Assembly: GCA_965238175.1 (NCBI GenBank)
Contig: CBDEGZ010000003.1
Location: 2,624,001 to 2,688,000 of the forward strand
Reading direction: 5' to 3'
DNA length: 64,000 nucleotides
From: Gammaproteobacteria bacterium
Lineage (GTDB): Bacteria; Pseudomonadota; Gammaproteobacteria; CAJXQU01
The notes under the pieces were generated by a model. It saw only the letters and a program-made list of their open reading frames with translations, was not told the DNA's origin and ran no database searches. Of the stretch, positions 24,752 through 35,269 are shown in pieces. Numbering within the stretch: position 1 is the first letter of the stretch; each line of letters begins with the position of its first letter. Made by a program: the position numbers and the translations under genes.

Positions 24752-27700
24752 CTACCCTGTCGCAACCATATCCACTGCTTCATCCATATCAACAGATACA
24801 AGTCTCGAAACACCGGCCTCCTGCATAGTCACACCGACCAATTGTTTTGCTATTTCCATGGTTATCTTGTTATGTGTGATAAAAATAAACTGTACCTGAT
24901 TCGACATCTCTTGCAACATATCGCACAAACGCACCACATTCGCATCATCAAGTGGTGCATCAACTTCATCAAGCAGACAAAAAGGTGCTGGATTCAACTG
25001 AAAAATTGAAAATACCAACGAGACAGCCGTCAGCGCTTTCTCACCACCCGAGAGTAAATGAATAGAACTATTACGTTTACCCGGTGGTTGCGCAATAACA
25101 GCGATACCCGTTTCCAGCAGATCGTCACCGGTCAATTCCAAATAAGCCCTACCACCACCAAACAAACGTGGAAACATTGCCTGAAATCCTTCATTGACCT
25201 GATCATAAATTTCTTTAAATCGACCACGAGTTTCCTTATCGATCTTTCTGATCGCACTTTCTAATGTATCTAACGCTTCGATCAAATCTTCATCTTGTTT
25301 ATCAAGAAAGACTTTTCTTTCCGACAATTCCTGACACTCATCAATCGCCGCTAAATTGATCGGGCCAAGCCGTGTAATCTTACGTTCTAAGGATTCAACT
25401 CTCTCCTGCCAAGCAGAATTTACCGCATTTTCAGACATCGCTTCGAGTAATGGTTCCGGTTCAAAACCAGCGGCTTTAAGTTGCTCAACCAAACCTTGCA
25501 ATCGAACACTCACAGCCTGGGCTTCCATTCGATTTTGCTCTAGTTTTTCTCGTGCCACTTGCAAAGCCTGTTCATTTTGTTGGCGTTTTTGATCAGCTTG
25601 TTTGAGTTTTTGTTCTACGCTTTGTAATGTATCACGCGCAGAGGCCAACTCACCTTCAACCGTTAGTCGCTTCCCTAACGCCGTTTCTAAGGTTTGTTGA
25701 ATGTCGAGCACTGGCGCCTGACCTTTATCCAATTCTGCCGAAAGTTCTTCGAGACGTTTAGTCGATTGCTCTAATTGCATTTGATGTCGTTGCATTGATT
25801 GCTCAAGCGCGTTTTTGCGTGAACGTAACGATTCGCTACGCAAGGCTAATTCATGACTGGTATCACGGGTTTTTCGCCATTCTTCTCTTAATGCTGCAAC
25901 GCTACCAGTATGCTCTCGCCGTTGGCTACTGAGCAGTTCTTCCTGCTGCTTTAGTTCCTTCGCGACCAACTCCAACCCTGACACCTTTTGCCTTGTCAGT
26001 TCCAGATCCTGATTCTCGGTTTCACTTATCTTTTGTAATTCCGCCAGTTCTTTATCAATTTGAGTTAGCCTTGAGCGAGCTTGCTCAAAACGTGCTTGAC
26101 CAGCCGCCAGATCAGAACTAAAAGTTGATCTTTGACGTTGTACCTCACCCAGCTTTTGGATTTGATCAGTGATTTCTGTTTCAAGCGCAGAACGTCGTGT
26201 TGTGCTTTCTTCCAGAACCTCTTGCAATTGCTGTATTCCCTTTTCTATCGTTGTGGATTTTTGCTGCAATTCGCGGATTTCCCTTTCACGTTCAATAACA
26301 CCCGCCTCTTCTTTTTGCTGCCGTTTTAATCGTAACCAGGAAGGTCCAATTCGATCCCCTCCTTTGGTGACTATCGACTCATGTGTCGCAAGATTTGTTC
26401 GCAAGTCCATTGCTTCTGCTATAGAATCAGCTACATAAATGCTTGGCATCAGCGTCTCTAACGGTAAATTTGAAGACACCTTATCTAACAAACTACCAGC
26501 GATATTTGATGTTCCAACAATTTTCGCAGCGGTTGGTTTTTGTTCTATCCCACCAATAATTCCCTCAGATAAGCTATCGACTTGCAAACCAAATTGTCCA
26601 AGATCATCAACACATATTGCATCCAGATGTTCTGCAAGCACCACTTCGAGTGCAACCTCCCAACCTGATTCAACCGAAATCTCCTGGGCTAATTTAGAAT
26701 GCTTAGATAAACCCTGTTGTTGGAGCAGATCATTTACTTGTCGCTGATCCTGTCCCAGGGCTGACTGTTGTAAGGCTTCTAGTGAAGCCAAGCGTCCGTT
26801 TACAGATTGAGATTCATGCCGCAATCCATCCAACTTCGATGAAGAAGCCTGGACTTTTTCACGAGCTGCTTCGATCTGTTCTTGTAAATTCACTCTTCTT
26901 GATTCGAGGTTAGTACAAAGTGTATCGGACTTGTTAAGACTGGCTTCTAAACCTTCAAGATTCAACCCTAGTTTTTCCGGTACAATTCCATTTCGTTCCG
27001 AATTCAGCCGTTCAATCCACTGTTCGGTACTCGTAATCGTTCTCTGCAGATGATTTATCTTGCTGGTTTCGGTTTGTTCATTTCGAACATGCTCAGAATA
27101 GCGTTGTTGAAAAGCATCCCACTCTTTCTGACGATCTTGAGTCATCTTTTCAGACTCTTCCAACTTTTTACTGGCAATCTTTTCAAGTTCGATTAATTTA
27201 GCACGCTCTGATTCAATTTTAACCAATTCATTTTTAGTTTGTTCCAGTTGTTGCTGATCATTTACATTTTGATCCTGGATTTCCGTCAATTCAGTTTTTA
27301 CTCGTACTGAATCACGTTCGATATTTTGACGTCTCTCAGTCGCATGTTGAATGGCTTGTTCAAGACCCGTAATTTCTGCCCCCAAACCATAAAACTGTCC
27401 TTGAATTTCATTAAATTGATCATTCGCAGATACCCGAGACTGATTATCTTTTTCGATCTCTGCTTCAATGGTTCTAACGTCGGCAATTGCGGCTTCTACA
27501 TTTGTTTCCTGCTGAGCAATCATTTTATTATGCTCAACTTCCTGTTCATGCAGATCTCTCCATGACAAAGCTGTCAACTCTGCCTTCACTTGTCGCTCTT
27601 CTGCTTTTAAACCTTTATAGCGCTCCGCCGCTTTAGCCTGTTGCTCAAGTCGACTCAATTGTTTTCCCAACTCTTGACGAATATCTGTGAGACGTTCCAG

Positions 27701-28270
27701 GTTCTCTTTCGTATGACGAATACGGTTCTCTGTTTCACGCCGACGTTCTTTGTATTTTGAAATTCCAGCAGCTTCTTCGAGAAAGACACGTAATTCTTCA
27801 GGTTTCGATTCGATTACACGTGAGATCATCCCCTGTTCGATCACAGAATAACTTCGTGGCCCAATTCCAGTTCCAAGAAAAAGATTCGTTATATCTTTGC
27901 GGCGACATCGACTGCCATTCAGGAAATAAATAGAAACACCGTCACGACCTAATTGACGTTTGATCGAAATCTCATTGTAGCCCGCATATTCGCCTGCAAT
28001 CTTTCCGTCCGAATTATCGAAAATGATTTCAACTGTAGCTTGACCAACCGGTTTCCGTGCATTTGATCCACTAAAGATGACATCTGACATGGCATCGCCA
28101 CGCAGATGTTTTGCTGAACTTTCTCCCAAAACCCAAAGTACGGCATCAATGACATTTGACTTACCACAGCCATTTGGACCAACAACACCGGTCAGTTCGT
28201 GAGGTAAATTCAGAGTTGTAGGATCTACGAAAGATTTAAAACCAGCGAGCTTGATTTTGCTTATTCTCAT
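24752..28270 (-). CDS. smc: Chromosome segregation protein SMC
   Basis: GFKSF, GPNGCGKSN, long coiled coils, LSGGEKAL, LDEVDAPLD. Confidence 0.97.
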   Translation of the reverse strand: MRISKIKLAGFKSFVDPTTLNLPHELTGVVGPNGCGKSNVIDAVLWVLGESSAKHLRGDAMSDVIFSGSNARKPVGQATVEIIFDNSDGKIAGEYAGYNEISIKRQLGRDGVSIYFLNGSRCRRKDITNLFLGTGIGPRSYSVIEQGMISRVIESKPEELRVFLEEAAGISKYKERRRETENRIRHTKENLERLTDIRQELGKQLSRLEQQAKAAERYKGLKAEERQVKAELTALSWRDLHEQEVEHNKMIAQQETNVEAAIADVRTIEAEIEKDNQSRVSANDQFNEIQGQFYGLGAEITGLEQAIQHATERRQNIERDSVRVKTELTEIQDQNVNDQQQLEQTKNELVKIESERAKLIELEKIASKKLEESEKMTQDRQKEWDAFQQRYSEHVRNEQTETSKINHLQRTITSTEQWIERLNSERNGIVPEKLGLNLEGLEASLNKSDTLCTNLESRRVNLQEQIEAAREKVQASSSKLDGLRHESQSVNGRLASLEALQQSALGQDQRQVNDLLQQQGLSKHSKLAQEISVESGWEVALEVVLAEHLDAICVDDLGQFGLQVDSLSEGIIGGIEQKPTAAKIVGTSNIAGSLLDKVSSNLPLETLMPSIYVADSIAEAMDLRTNLATHESIVTKGGDRIGPSWLRLKRQQKEEAGVIEREREIRELQQKSTTIEKGIQQLQEVLEESTTRRSALETEITDQIQKLGEVQRQRSTFSSDLAAGQARFEQARSRLTQIDKELAELQKISETENQDLELTRQKVSGLELVAKELKQQEELLSSQRREHTGSVAALREEWRKTRDTSHELALRSESLRSRKNALEQSMQRHQMQLEQSTKRLEELSAELDKGQAPVLDIQQTLETALGKRLTVEGELASARDTLQSVEQKLKQADQKRQQNEQALQVAREKLEQNRMEAQAVSVRLQGLVEQLKAAGFEPEPLLEAMSENAVNSAWQERVESLERKITRLGPINLAAIDECQELSERKVFLDKQDEDLIEALDTLESAIRKIDKETRGRFKEIYDQVNEGFQAMFPRLFGGGRAYLELTGDDLLETGIAVIAQPPGKRNSSIHLLSGGEKALTAVSLVFSIFQLNPAPFCLLDEVDAPLDDANVVRLCDMLQEMSNQVQFIFITHNKITMEIAKQLVGVTMQEAGVSRLVSVDMDEAVDMVATG

Positions 28271-28470
28271 GCCCGCTAAGATACATGAAAAATCCGATTA
28301 TTCAAAACAATTTCCCAAATATTTTACCACTTGAAAAAACACACTATCTCATTGATTTTAATGTACTATTTTATGTGTCAAATTTGCGTCGCCACAGCCT
28401 TTAAACTATCTCTAGAGTCACGGATTGTGGTAGTATGTACAGCCTTTTTTCAAACTAATTTATAAAGAAT

Positions 28471-28857
28471 ATGACCCAACCTAGTGAAGATCTGGAACTT
28501 TTTGACAATCCAAATCCAGAGAAAGATTACACCATCCACATTCACATGCCTGAATTCACCTGTTTGTGTCCAAAAACGGGGCAGCCGGATTTTGCAACAT
28601 TGGACTTAGCCTATGTACCAGATCAACATTGTATTGAGCTAAAAGCACTAAAACTCTATATTGTTACCTTCCGCGACATGGGTGCATTTCACGAAGCAAT
28701 AACGAATAAGATCACCAATGATCTGGTCAATGCATGTCAACCTCGTTATTTGAGGCTGACAGCCGATTTCAATGTTCGTGGTGGTATTTATACGAAAGTA
28801 GTTTCCGACTACCGTCAACCAGGTTGGGTAGCACCCGAACTGGTTTCTTTACCATGA
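28471..28857 (+). CDS. queF: preQ0 reductase (QueF, short type)
   Basis: [34 protein letters not shown]. Confidence 0.93.
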   Translation: MTQPSEDLELFDNPNPEKDYTIHIHMPEFTCLCPKTGQPDFATLDLAYVPDQHCIELKALKLYIVTFRDMGAFHEAITNKITNDLVNACQPRYLRLTADFNVRGGIYTKVVSDYRQPGWVAPELVSLP

Positions 28858-28926
28858 ATGTTTGATCAAAAATAATCTGATCAATTACTTTATTGTTCGA
28901 TATAAACCTTCTTAAGACCAAATCAC

Positions 28927-29661
28927 ATGAGTAACTCTTTTTTTAGTGGCGCAAAATATGCCCTTTCAGGTTTCAAGCTAATATCCAAGCCTCGGATACG
29001 CAAATACGTTGCGATTCCATTTTTGATCAACCTTATTTTGTTCTCGATCGCATTATGGTTTGGCGCAAATTGGATAAACTCTCTGATTGAGAGTTGGCTA
29101 CCAGGCTGGTTAGTGTGGCTGGAATACTTGATCTGGCCGATCTTGGCTTTCCTAGCTCTTGCTGTTATTTTTTCGACTTTCACTCTCATTGCAAACCTTT
29201 TTGGCGCACCGTTTAACAGTATGCTTGCCCAAGCCGTAGAAACTCGTTTGTCAGGTGAGGAATTTATCAACAACCCAAAATTATCGAGTATTACGAAAAA
29301 TGTCTTTGTGTCGATAAAAGCAGAAATTGGAAAACTAATCTTTTTTGCTCTACGCGCTATCCCTCTGCTGATCATATCGATTATTCCTGGCATCAATATT
29401 GCTGCGCCTTTCCTATGGTTTTTGTTTGCAGCGTGGATGTTAGTTCACGAATATATGGATTATCCAATGGGAAATAACGGCTACTTATTCCAACAGCAAA
29501 GACCCATCTTACGACAAAAACGTTTTACTATATTAGGTTTTGGTGCAATGGTGACGTTTATGACGTTGATACCAATCGTTAACTTTTTTGCTATGCCTGT
29601 TGCTGTCGCTGGGGCAACAAACATGTGGTATCAAGAGTTTAAACAACTCTCTATGACTTAA
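28927..29661 (+). CDS. cysZ: Sulfate transporter CysZ / EI24 family
   Basis: FTLIANLFGAPFN.MLA..VE, EYMDYPM, IPIVNFFAMPVAVAGAT. Confidence 0.88.
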   Translation: MSNSFFSGAKYALSGFKLISKPRIRKYVAIPFLINLILFSIALWFGANWINSLIESWLPGWLVWLEYLIWPILAFLALAVIFSTFTLIANLFGAPFNSMLAQAVETRLSGEEFINNPKLSSITKNVFVSIKAEIGKLIFFALRAIPLLIISIIPGINIAAPFLWFLFAAWMLVHEYMDYPMGNNGYLFQQQRPILRQKRFTILGFGAMVTFMTLIPIVNFFAMPVAVAGATNMWYQEFKQLSMT

Positions 29662-29747
29662 ATATTATTTAACCCTGAGTTAATCTCATTGCACTAATGA
29701 GTATATTCTGGTAAAAATGCGCGCTTCATTCCGTTTAGGAGATTTTT

Positions 29748-30275
29748 TTGGTGGCCGTTTCGAAAAAAAAGGTTAGTAAGAAAAAAACCGCGAGTAAGAA
29801 AACTTTGACTAAAAAACAAGTAACTAGTAAACAAGAAACTACTGTAAAAAAAGCAAGAGATTTAACCAGTTTCGATAATTTCAAACCCTACAAAGCTAAA
29901 AAGGGTGAGGAATACATGAACACGTCACAATCAGAACATTTCAGGACTATCCTCCTTACGTGGCTAAAAGATCTGCAAGAAGAAGTTGATCGTACTGTCG
30001 ATCATATGCAATCAGATGCCTCCAATTTTTCTGACCCGAATGATCGTGCAACTCAAGAAGAAGAGTTTGCACTTGAGCTTCGAACGCGTGATCGAGAACG
30101 CAAGTTAACTAAAAAAATTCGTAACTCCCTCGCTGGTCTTGATAGTGGCGACTACGGATTTTGCGAAGTCTGCGGCATAGAAATCGGTATTCAAAGACTG
30201 GAAGCACGCCCAACAGCTGACTTATGTATCGATTGTAAGACTCTCGATGAAATCAAAGAAAAACAGATGAGCTAA
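29748..30275 (+). CDS. dksA: RNA polymerase-binding factor DksA
   Basis: DPNDRATQEEEFALELRTRDRERKL and a C4 Zn finger. Lys-rich N-terminal extension. Confidence 0.95.
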   Translation: MVAVSKKKVSKKKTASKKTLTKKQVTSKQETTVKKARDLTSFDNFKPYKAKKGEEYMNTSQSEHFRTILLTWLKDLQEEVDRTVDHMQSDASNFSDPNDRATQEEEFALELRTRDRERKLTKKIRNSLAGLDSGDYGFCEVCGIEIGIQRLEARPTADLCIDCKTLDEIKEKQMS

Positions 30276-30276
30276 T

Positions 30277-31158
30277 GTGGCTCGGATCAGAGGTCGTTTT
30301 GCCCCAACGCCTTCCGGTTCTTTACATTTTGGCTCATTAATTGCCGCTATTGCCAGCTACCTCAATACCAAATCTCGCGGTGGGCAATGGCTAATTAGAA
30401 TTGATGATCTTGATTCTGCTCGTAACGTTCGCGGCGCCAGTGAAAATATCCTGAAAACACTGGAAAACTTTGGTCTGTTTTGGGATGAAAAGATTCTTTA
30501 CCAAAGTGTTCAAATCGATGCTTATAATGATGCTATTGATCAATTATCCAGTAAAAATTTGATCTATCCATGCATATGTACTCGAAAGCAGATCGGTCAT
30601 AATGCCTACACAGGCACTTGTCGAAATAGAATTTATTCTAGAAAGTTAACCTCTTCACTCCGTATTGTTACTGAAAATAAAACTCTGGAATTTCAAGATA
30701 TTAAACAAGGTACTTTCAAACAAAATATCGAAAAAGAAGTAGGTGATTTCATTGTAAAACGTTCAGATGGATATATTGCATATCATTTAGCCAACGTCGT
30801 TGATGATCAAATTCAAGGAATAACGGAGGTGGTTCGCGGGGCAGATCTGCTTGACTCAACGCCGAGACAAATTTACCTACAAAAAAAGCTTGGTTATTCA
30901 CAACCTGAGTATTTACACCTACCGGTTGCGCTAGATCAAAAAGGTCAAAAACTGAGTAAATCTCATGGCTCTTTAACTATCAATAATACAAATGATCTGC
31001 AAAACTCTGGTAAATTGATTTGTGATGTACTCAGCTTCCTTGGCCAAACACCACCAGAATCTCTCAGTAAAGAAAACGCTCAGGCATGCCTTGAATGGGG
31101 AGTTTCTAACTGGAATATACTGGCGATCCCTGAACAGATTTCAAAGCCGTACAACTGA
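30277..31158 (+). CDS. gluQ: Glutamyl-Q tRNA(Asp) synthetase
   Basis: GRFAPTPSGSLHFGSL, VVRGADLL, KLSKS. Follows dksA. Confidence 0.92.
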   Translation: MARIRGRFAPTPSGSLHFGSLIAAIASYLNTKSRGGQWLIRIDDLDSARNVRGASENILKTLENFGLFWDEKILYQSVQIDAYNDAIDQLSSKNLIYPCICTRKQIGHNAYTGTCRNRIYSRKLTSSLRIVTENKTLEFQDIKQGTFKQNIEKEVGDFIVKRSDGYIAYHLANVVDDQIQGITEVVRGADLLDSTPRQIYLQKKLGYSQPEYLHLPVALDQKGQKLSKSHGSLTINNTNDLQNSGKLICDVLSFLGQTPPESLSKENAQACLEWGVSNWNILAIPEQISKPYN

Positions 31159-31174
31159 CGTTTTCTAGCCCATT

Positions 31175-31202
31175 AAAAAAGGGACTTAATAGCCCCTTTT
31201 TT
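31175..31202. terminator. Bidirectional intrinsic terminator between gluQ and pnp
   Basis: AAAAAAGGGAC-TTAATA-GCCCCTTTTTT between convergent genes. Confidence 0.7.
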
Positions 31203-31219
31203 ATGCTTTATAAGAAAGT

Positions 31220-33310
31220 CTACGACTCTGCATCAACCTCTTTCATGCTAAGTCTTATACGCCCTTGTTTATCAACTTCGAGAACCTTAACTCGAACCGT
31301 CTCACCTTCAGAAAGCTTATCACTTACCGTTTCTACACGTTCTTCGGAAATCTGAGAGATATGAACCAGGCCATCTTTACCTGGAAGAATATTGACGAAT
31401 GCACCAAAGTCCATAATCTTAGCAACTTTACCTTCATACACGGCCCCAACTTCAACTTCAGCTGTAATTCTTTCTACCCACTTCAATGCTTCCTGTCCGG
31501 CAGCATTATCAACAGAAGCAATTTTAACCGTACCGTCATCATCAAGGTCGATAGAGGCACCTGTTTCTTCAGTGATCTGGCGGATAGTTGCACCGCCCTT
31601 ACCAATGACATCGCGGATCTTGTCCGGATTAATCTTGATAGTCAGGATTCTTGGAGCATGCTCCGACATCTCAGTCCGCGTTTCATCAATCACTTTGGCC
31701 ATTTCACCCAAAATATGCAATCGACCCGCTTTAGCCTGCTCTAGGGCGGCTTCCATAATCTCTTTTGTGATGCCATCAATTTTGATATCCATTTGCAAAG
31801 CATTAATACCATTTTCAGTACCAGCTACTTTGAAATCCATATCACCTAAATGATCTTCATCACCTAAAATATCCGAAAGAACAACAAAATTGTCTCCTTC
31901 TTTAACCAAGCCCATTGCGATACCAGCTACCGGTGCTTTAATCGGTACACCTGCATCCATTAATGACAAGCTTGTTCCGCAGACTGATGCCATCGAGCTT
32001 GAACCGTTAGATTCAGTAATCTCTGATACAACTCGAACCACATAAGGGAATTCTTCAATCGTTGGCATAACACCAATAATGCCACGTTTAGCTAAACGGC
32101 CATGGCCAATTTCACGTCGTTTTGGTGTACCTACCCGGCCTGTTTCACCAACACAATAAGGAGGAAAGTTGTAGTGCAACATGAAGTTGTCTTTAAACGA
32201 TCCTTCAAGCGCGTCGATTATTTGGGCATCTCTTTGCGTTCCAAGCGAAACTGTCACGATGGCTTGCGTCTCACCACGTGTGAATAGAGCTGAGCCATGT
32301 GTTCTTGGTAATACACCAACGCGAACAGCAATATCACGGATATCATCTTTCTGACGTCCATCAATCCGTGTTTCACCGCCGATGATAGAACTACGCACCA
32401 CTTCGTGTTCTAAATGCTCTATTGCATTCCCAACTTCGCCTTCACTCCATTGATCGTCTTCTTCACCGATTAATGCTTCTCTAGCCTGGTTACGCACCTC
32501 TGAAAGCACACCATAACGATCCATTTTATCTTTGATGTTATAAGCATCTTTGATCTGACTCTGGAAGCCCGAAGCTAATTTGCTTGCGAGATCAGTATCT
32601 TCTTCAGGTGCTTCCCAATCCCAGGATTCTGTACCGACTTCTTTTGCTAATTCAGCAATATTGTCGATTACTGTCTGGAACTGCTCATGCCCGAACATGA
32701 CTGCACCTAACATCACGTCTTCAGAAAGTTGCTGTGCTTCAGACTCAACCATCAAGACTGATGTTGATGTACCGGCAACAACCAGATCCAATTCTGAATC
32801 ATCTAATTCTGAAAAAGATGGGTTGAGTATATATTCGCCCTCTTTATAACCGACACGTGCAGCACCAACTGGACCACTAAAGGGAACACCTGTGATTGCT
32901 AGCGCTGCTGATGCACCAATTAAAGCAACAATATCTGGATCAACTTCTGGATCTAATGACATTACTGAGGCAACTATTTGCACTTCATTAACAAAACCTT
33001 TTGGAAATAATGGACGTAATGGTCGATCAATTAAGCGGCAGGTCAGTGTTTCTTTTTCAGTTGGACGACCTTCACGTTTAAAGAATCCTCCTGGTATTTT
33101 GCCCGCTGCATAGGCTTTTTCTTGATAATCAACCGTCAAAGGAAAGAAGTCACGACCATGATCCGCATTCTTTTTGCCGACAACCGAAACAAAGACGACT
33201 GTATCGCCCAGGCTTGCCATGATTGATCCGGTTGCTTGTCTTGCGATCTCCCCGGTTTCCAGAGACATCGTTTTATTACCGTATTGAAATGTTTTTTTAA
33301 TTGCCGCCAT
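31220..33310 (-). CDS. pnp: Polyribonucleotide nucleotidyltransferase
   Basis: [34 protein letters not shown] and S1 domains. Confidence 0.98.
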   Translation of the reverse strand: MAAIKKTFQYGNKTMSLETGEIARQATGSIMASLGDTVVFVSVVGKKNADHGRDFFPLTVDYQEKAYAAGKIPGGFFKREGRPTEKETLTCRLIDRPLRPLFPKGFVNEVQIVASVMSLDPEVDPDIVALIGASAALAITGVPFSGPVGAARVGYKEGEYILNPSFSELDDSELDLVVAGTSTSVLMVESEAQQLSEDVMLGAVMFGHEQFQTVIDNIAELAKEVGTESWDWEAPEEDTDLASKLASGFQSQIKDAYNIKDKMDRYGVLSEVRNQAREALIGEEDDQWSEGEVGNAIEHLEHEVVRSSIIGGETRIDGRQKDDIRDIAVRVGVLPRTHGSALFTRGETQAIVTVSLGTQRDAQIIDALEGSFKDNFMLHYNFPPYCVGETGRVGTPKRREIGHGRLAKRGIIGVMPTIEEFPYVVRVVSEITESNGSSSMASVCGTSLSLMDAGVPIKAPVAGIAMGLVKEGDNFVVLSDILGDEDHLGDMDFKVAGTENGINALQMDIKIDGITKEIMEAALEQAKAGRLHILGEMAKVIDETRTEMSEHAPRILTIKINPDKIRDVIGKGGATIRQITEETGASIDLDDDGTVKIASVDNAAGQEALKWVERITAEVEVGAVYEGKVAKIMDFGAFVNILPGKDGLVHISQISEERVETVSDKLSEGETVRVKVLEVDKQGRIRLSMKEVDAES

Positions 33311-33352
33311 ATGAGATCACTTTATATTGAATTATTTTGATAAGTCAGAACG

Positions 33353-33380
33353 ACACTACCCGGGCAAACCCGGGTAGTGT
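33353..33380 (-). terminator. Perfect 12-bp hairpin between rpsO and pnp (terminator or processing site)
   Basis: ACACTACCCGGG-CAAA-CCCGGGTAGTGT. Confidence 0.65.
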
Positions 33381-33403
33381 ATTTTTATTTGTTTTAGATA
33401 TTT

Positions 33404-33673
33404 TTACTTTCTCAGTCCAAGACTGGTGATCAGTGTCCGGTAGCGTTCAATATCAACACCCCGAAGATAATCTAACAACTTACGCCGTTGATTAACCATC
33501 CTTAGTAAGCCTTGTCGCGAGTGATTGTCTTTTTTATGTTCTTTGAAATGATCAGACAAATCTTTAATTCGTGTGGTTAACAAAGCAACCTGTACTTCAG
33601 GAGAACCAGTGTCGTTATCTGATTGTTGATATTCTTTTACTACTTCGCTTTTGTCAGCGGCTGTCAGTGCCAT
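33404..33673 (-). CDS. rpsO: 30S ribosomal protein S15
   Basis: [37 protein letters not shown]. Confidence 0.98.
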   Translation of the reverse strand: MALTAADKSEVVKEYQQSDNDTGSPEVQVALLTTRIKDLSDHFKEHKKDNHSRQGLLRMVNQRRKLLDYLRGVDIERYRTLITSLGLRK

Positions 33674-33940
33674 TAATGGACTCCATACTTATACATACTT
33701 TTGAGGTGGCGTATTGTAACCGTGAGCTATTGATTGGACAAGGAATTCTTTATATTAAAGTAGAAAAATCAGTTGGTTTTTATTCACAATCAAATCAGTA
33801 GCTCTAAAAGTGTTACATTTTACTCCTTTTAAAGCGGTTGTCGCGATAGAATTTGATCATTTTTACACGATCAAATTGCCTGAACGTTTCTCAAAAAAAA
33901 CGGCCCACTTAAGCCGTTCTTGTCTGATCAAATTATATGT

Positions 33941-34864
33941 CTAAGTTTTGCCTAAGCAGGTGGCAATTAAACGTTTGGGTACGATACGTCCTTCTGTCGT
34001 GATTTCAGCAATGCCGATAAATTGATCAGTACCACGATACACTCTGATTAAGCCGGATTTTTCTGGACAGGGCGTCATCACCGGCTGACCATTGAGAAAA
34101 CATAATGCGGTCTGTTCGGATAAATGACAAACCGGGAGATCGTTTAAACCTGCATCGACAGGAAGCAGTAATTGATCTAATTCTTCAGGTGCATCAGCCA
34201 GCGCTTCGATCGTGTCAACGGTATAGGCATTGTCCAGATCAAAACAACCGACTTTTGTTCTTCGTAAACTTAGAACATGTGCACCACAACCGAGTGCTTC
34301 TCCAATATCTTCGGCCAGGGTTCTAATGTAGGTTCCTTTTGAACAATCCACCTCGATAATGAAGCTGTCTGTTTTTAGATCACTCGCTTCAAGTCGATAT
34401 ATTTTTTGTTGCCTTTCCTTGCGTTTGACCTCTTTGCCCTGTTGAGCCAGTTTATAGAGGCGTTCTCCATCATGCTTTAGTGCAGAATACATCGGTGGGA
34501 TCTGAACGATATTTCCTCGAAACTGTTTAAAAATATCTTCCAATTGGGTTTCTGTAAATGCCGGTACAGGACGAGTTTTGAGGACTTCTCCCTCAGCATC
34601 TAAGGTTGTTGTATTGATACCTAACTTAACGTCTGCAATGTAGGACTTATCTGAATCCAGTAAGTAAGTCGTCATTTTGGTCGCTTCACCAAAACAGATC
34701 GGTAACAGACCTGTTGCAGGTCCATCAAGATTACCAGTGTGGCCAGCTTTTTGAGCTTGAAAAAGTCGTCTTACTTTTTGTAGTACTTGATTACTGCTGA
34801 TCCCGGCGGGTTTGTCCAACAAGAGTATGCCATCGACTTTTTTTCCTTTTCGTCGTCTAGCCAC
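33941..34864 (-). CDS. truB: tRNA pseudouridine(55) synthase
   Basis: LLDKP.G.SSN, KAGHTGNLD, PPMYSALK, CSKGTYIRTL. Confidence 0.95.
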   Translation of the reverse strand: MARRRKGKKVDGILLLDKPAGISSNQVLQKVRRLFQAQKAGHTGNLDGPATGLLPICFGEATKMTTYLLDSDKSYIADVKLGINTTTLDAEGEVLKTRPVPAFTETQLEDIFKQFRGNIVQIPPMYSALKHDGERLYKLAQQGKEVKRKERQQKIYRLEASDLKTDSFIIEVDCSKGTYIRTLAEDIGEALGCGAHVLSLRRTKVGCFDLDNAYTVDTIEALADAPEELDQLLLPVDAGLNDLPVCHLSEQTALCFLNGQPVMTPCPEKSGLIRVYRGTDQFIGIAEITTEGRIVPKRLIATCLGKT

Positions 34865-35231
34865 TATTGGATGAGTTTGAATCTTTTAATGCGACTTCAT
34901 CAAGTAATGCTTCCATTTTGTTTCCTCTTTCAATGGAAACATCATAATAAAACTTGAGACGAGGGACACTGCGCATCGTCATAATTTGTGAGAGACAATG
35001 GCGTAAGTGAGGGCTTGCATCATTTAGAACAGCTTCACCTTCTTTTTCAGTTAACTGTGAGCCGAGAAGGGTGAAATAAACTTTTGCTATTGATAAATCC
35101 GGTGCTGACTCGACCGCAGTAAAAGTCACCATGCCTAAACTTGGCTGATCAACTTCGTTTTTGATCAAGGAGGCAAGCTCTCTTTTGATCTGCTCCTCGA
35201 CTCGTCGAGCTCGGCTAAATTCTTTAGGCAT
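34857..35231 (-). CDS. rbfA: Ribosome-binding factor A
   Basis: MPKEFSRARRV, DLSIAKVY, VPRLKFYYD.SIERG. Confidence 0.95.
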   Translation of the reverse strand: MPKEFSRARRVEEQIKRELASLIKNEVDQPSLGMVTFTAVESAPDLSIAKVYFTLLGSQLTEKEGEAVLNDASPHLRHCLSQIMTMRSVPRLKFYYDVSIERGNKMEALLDEVALKDSNSSNSG

Positions 35232-35269
35232 GTAACTATCGGTGTTCTATATGTCAGGTCTAATCAAGT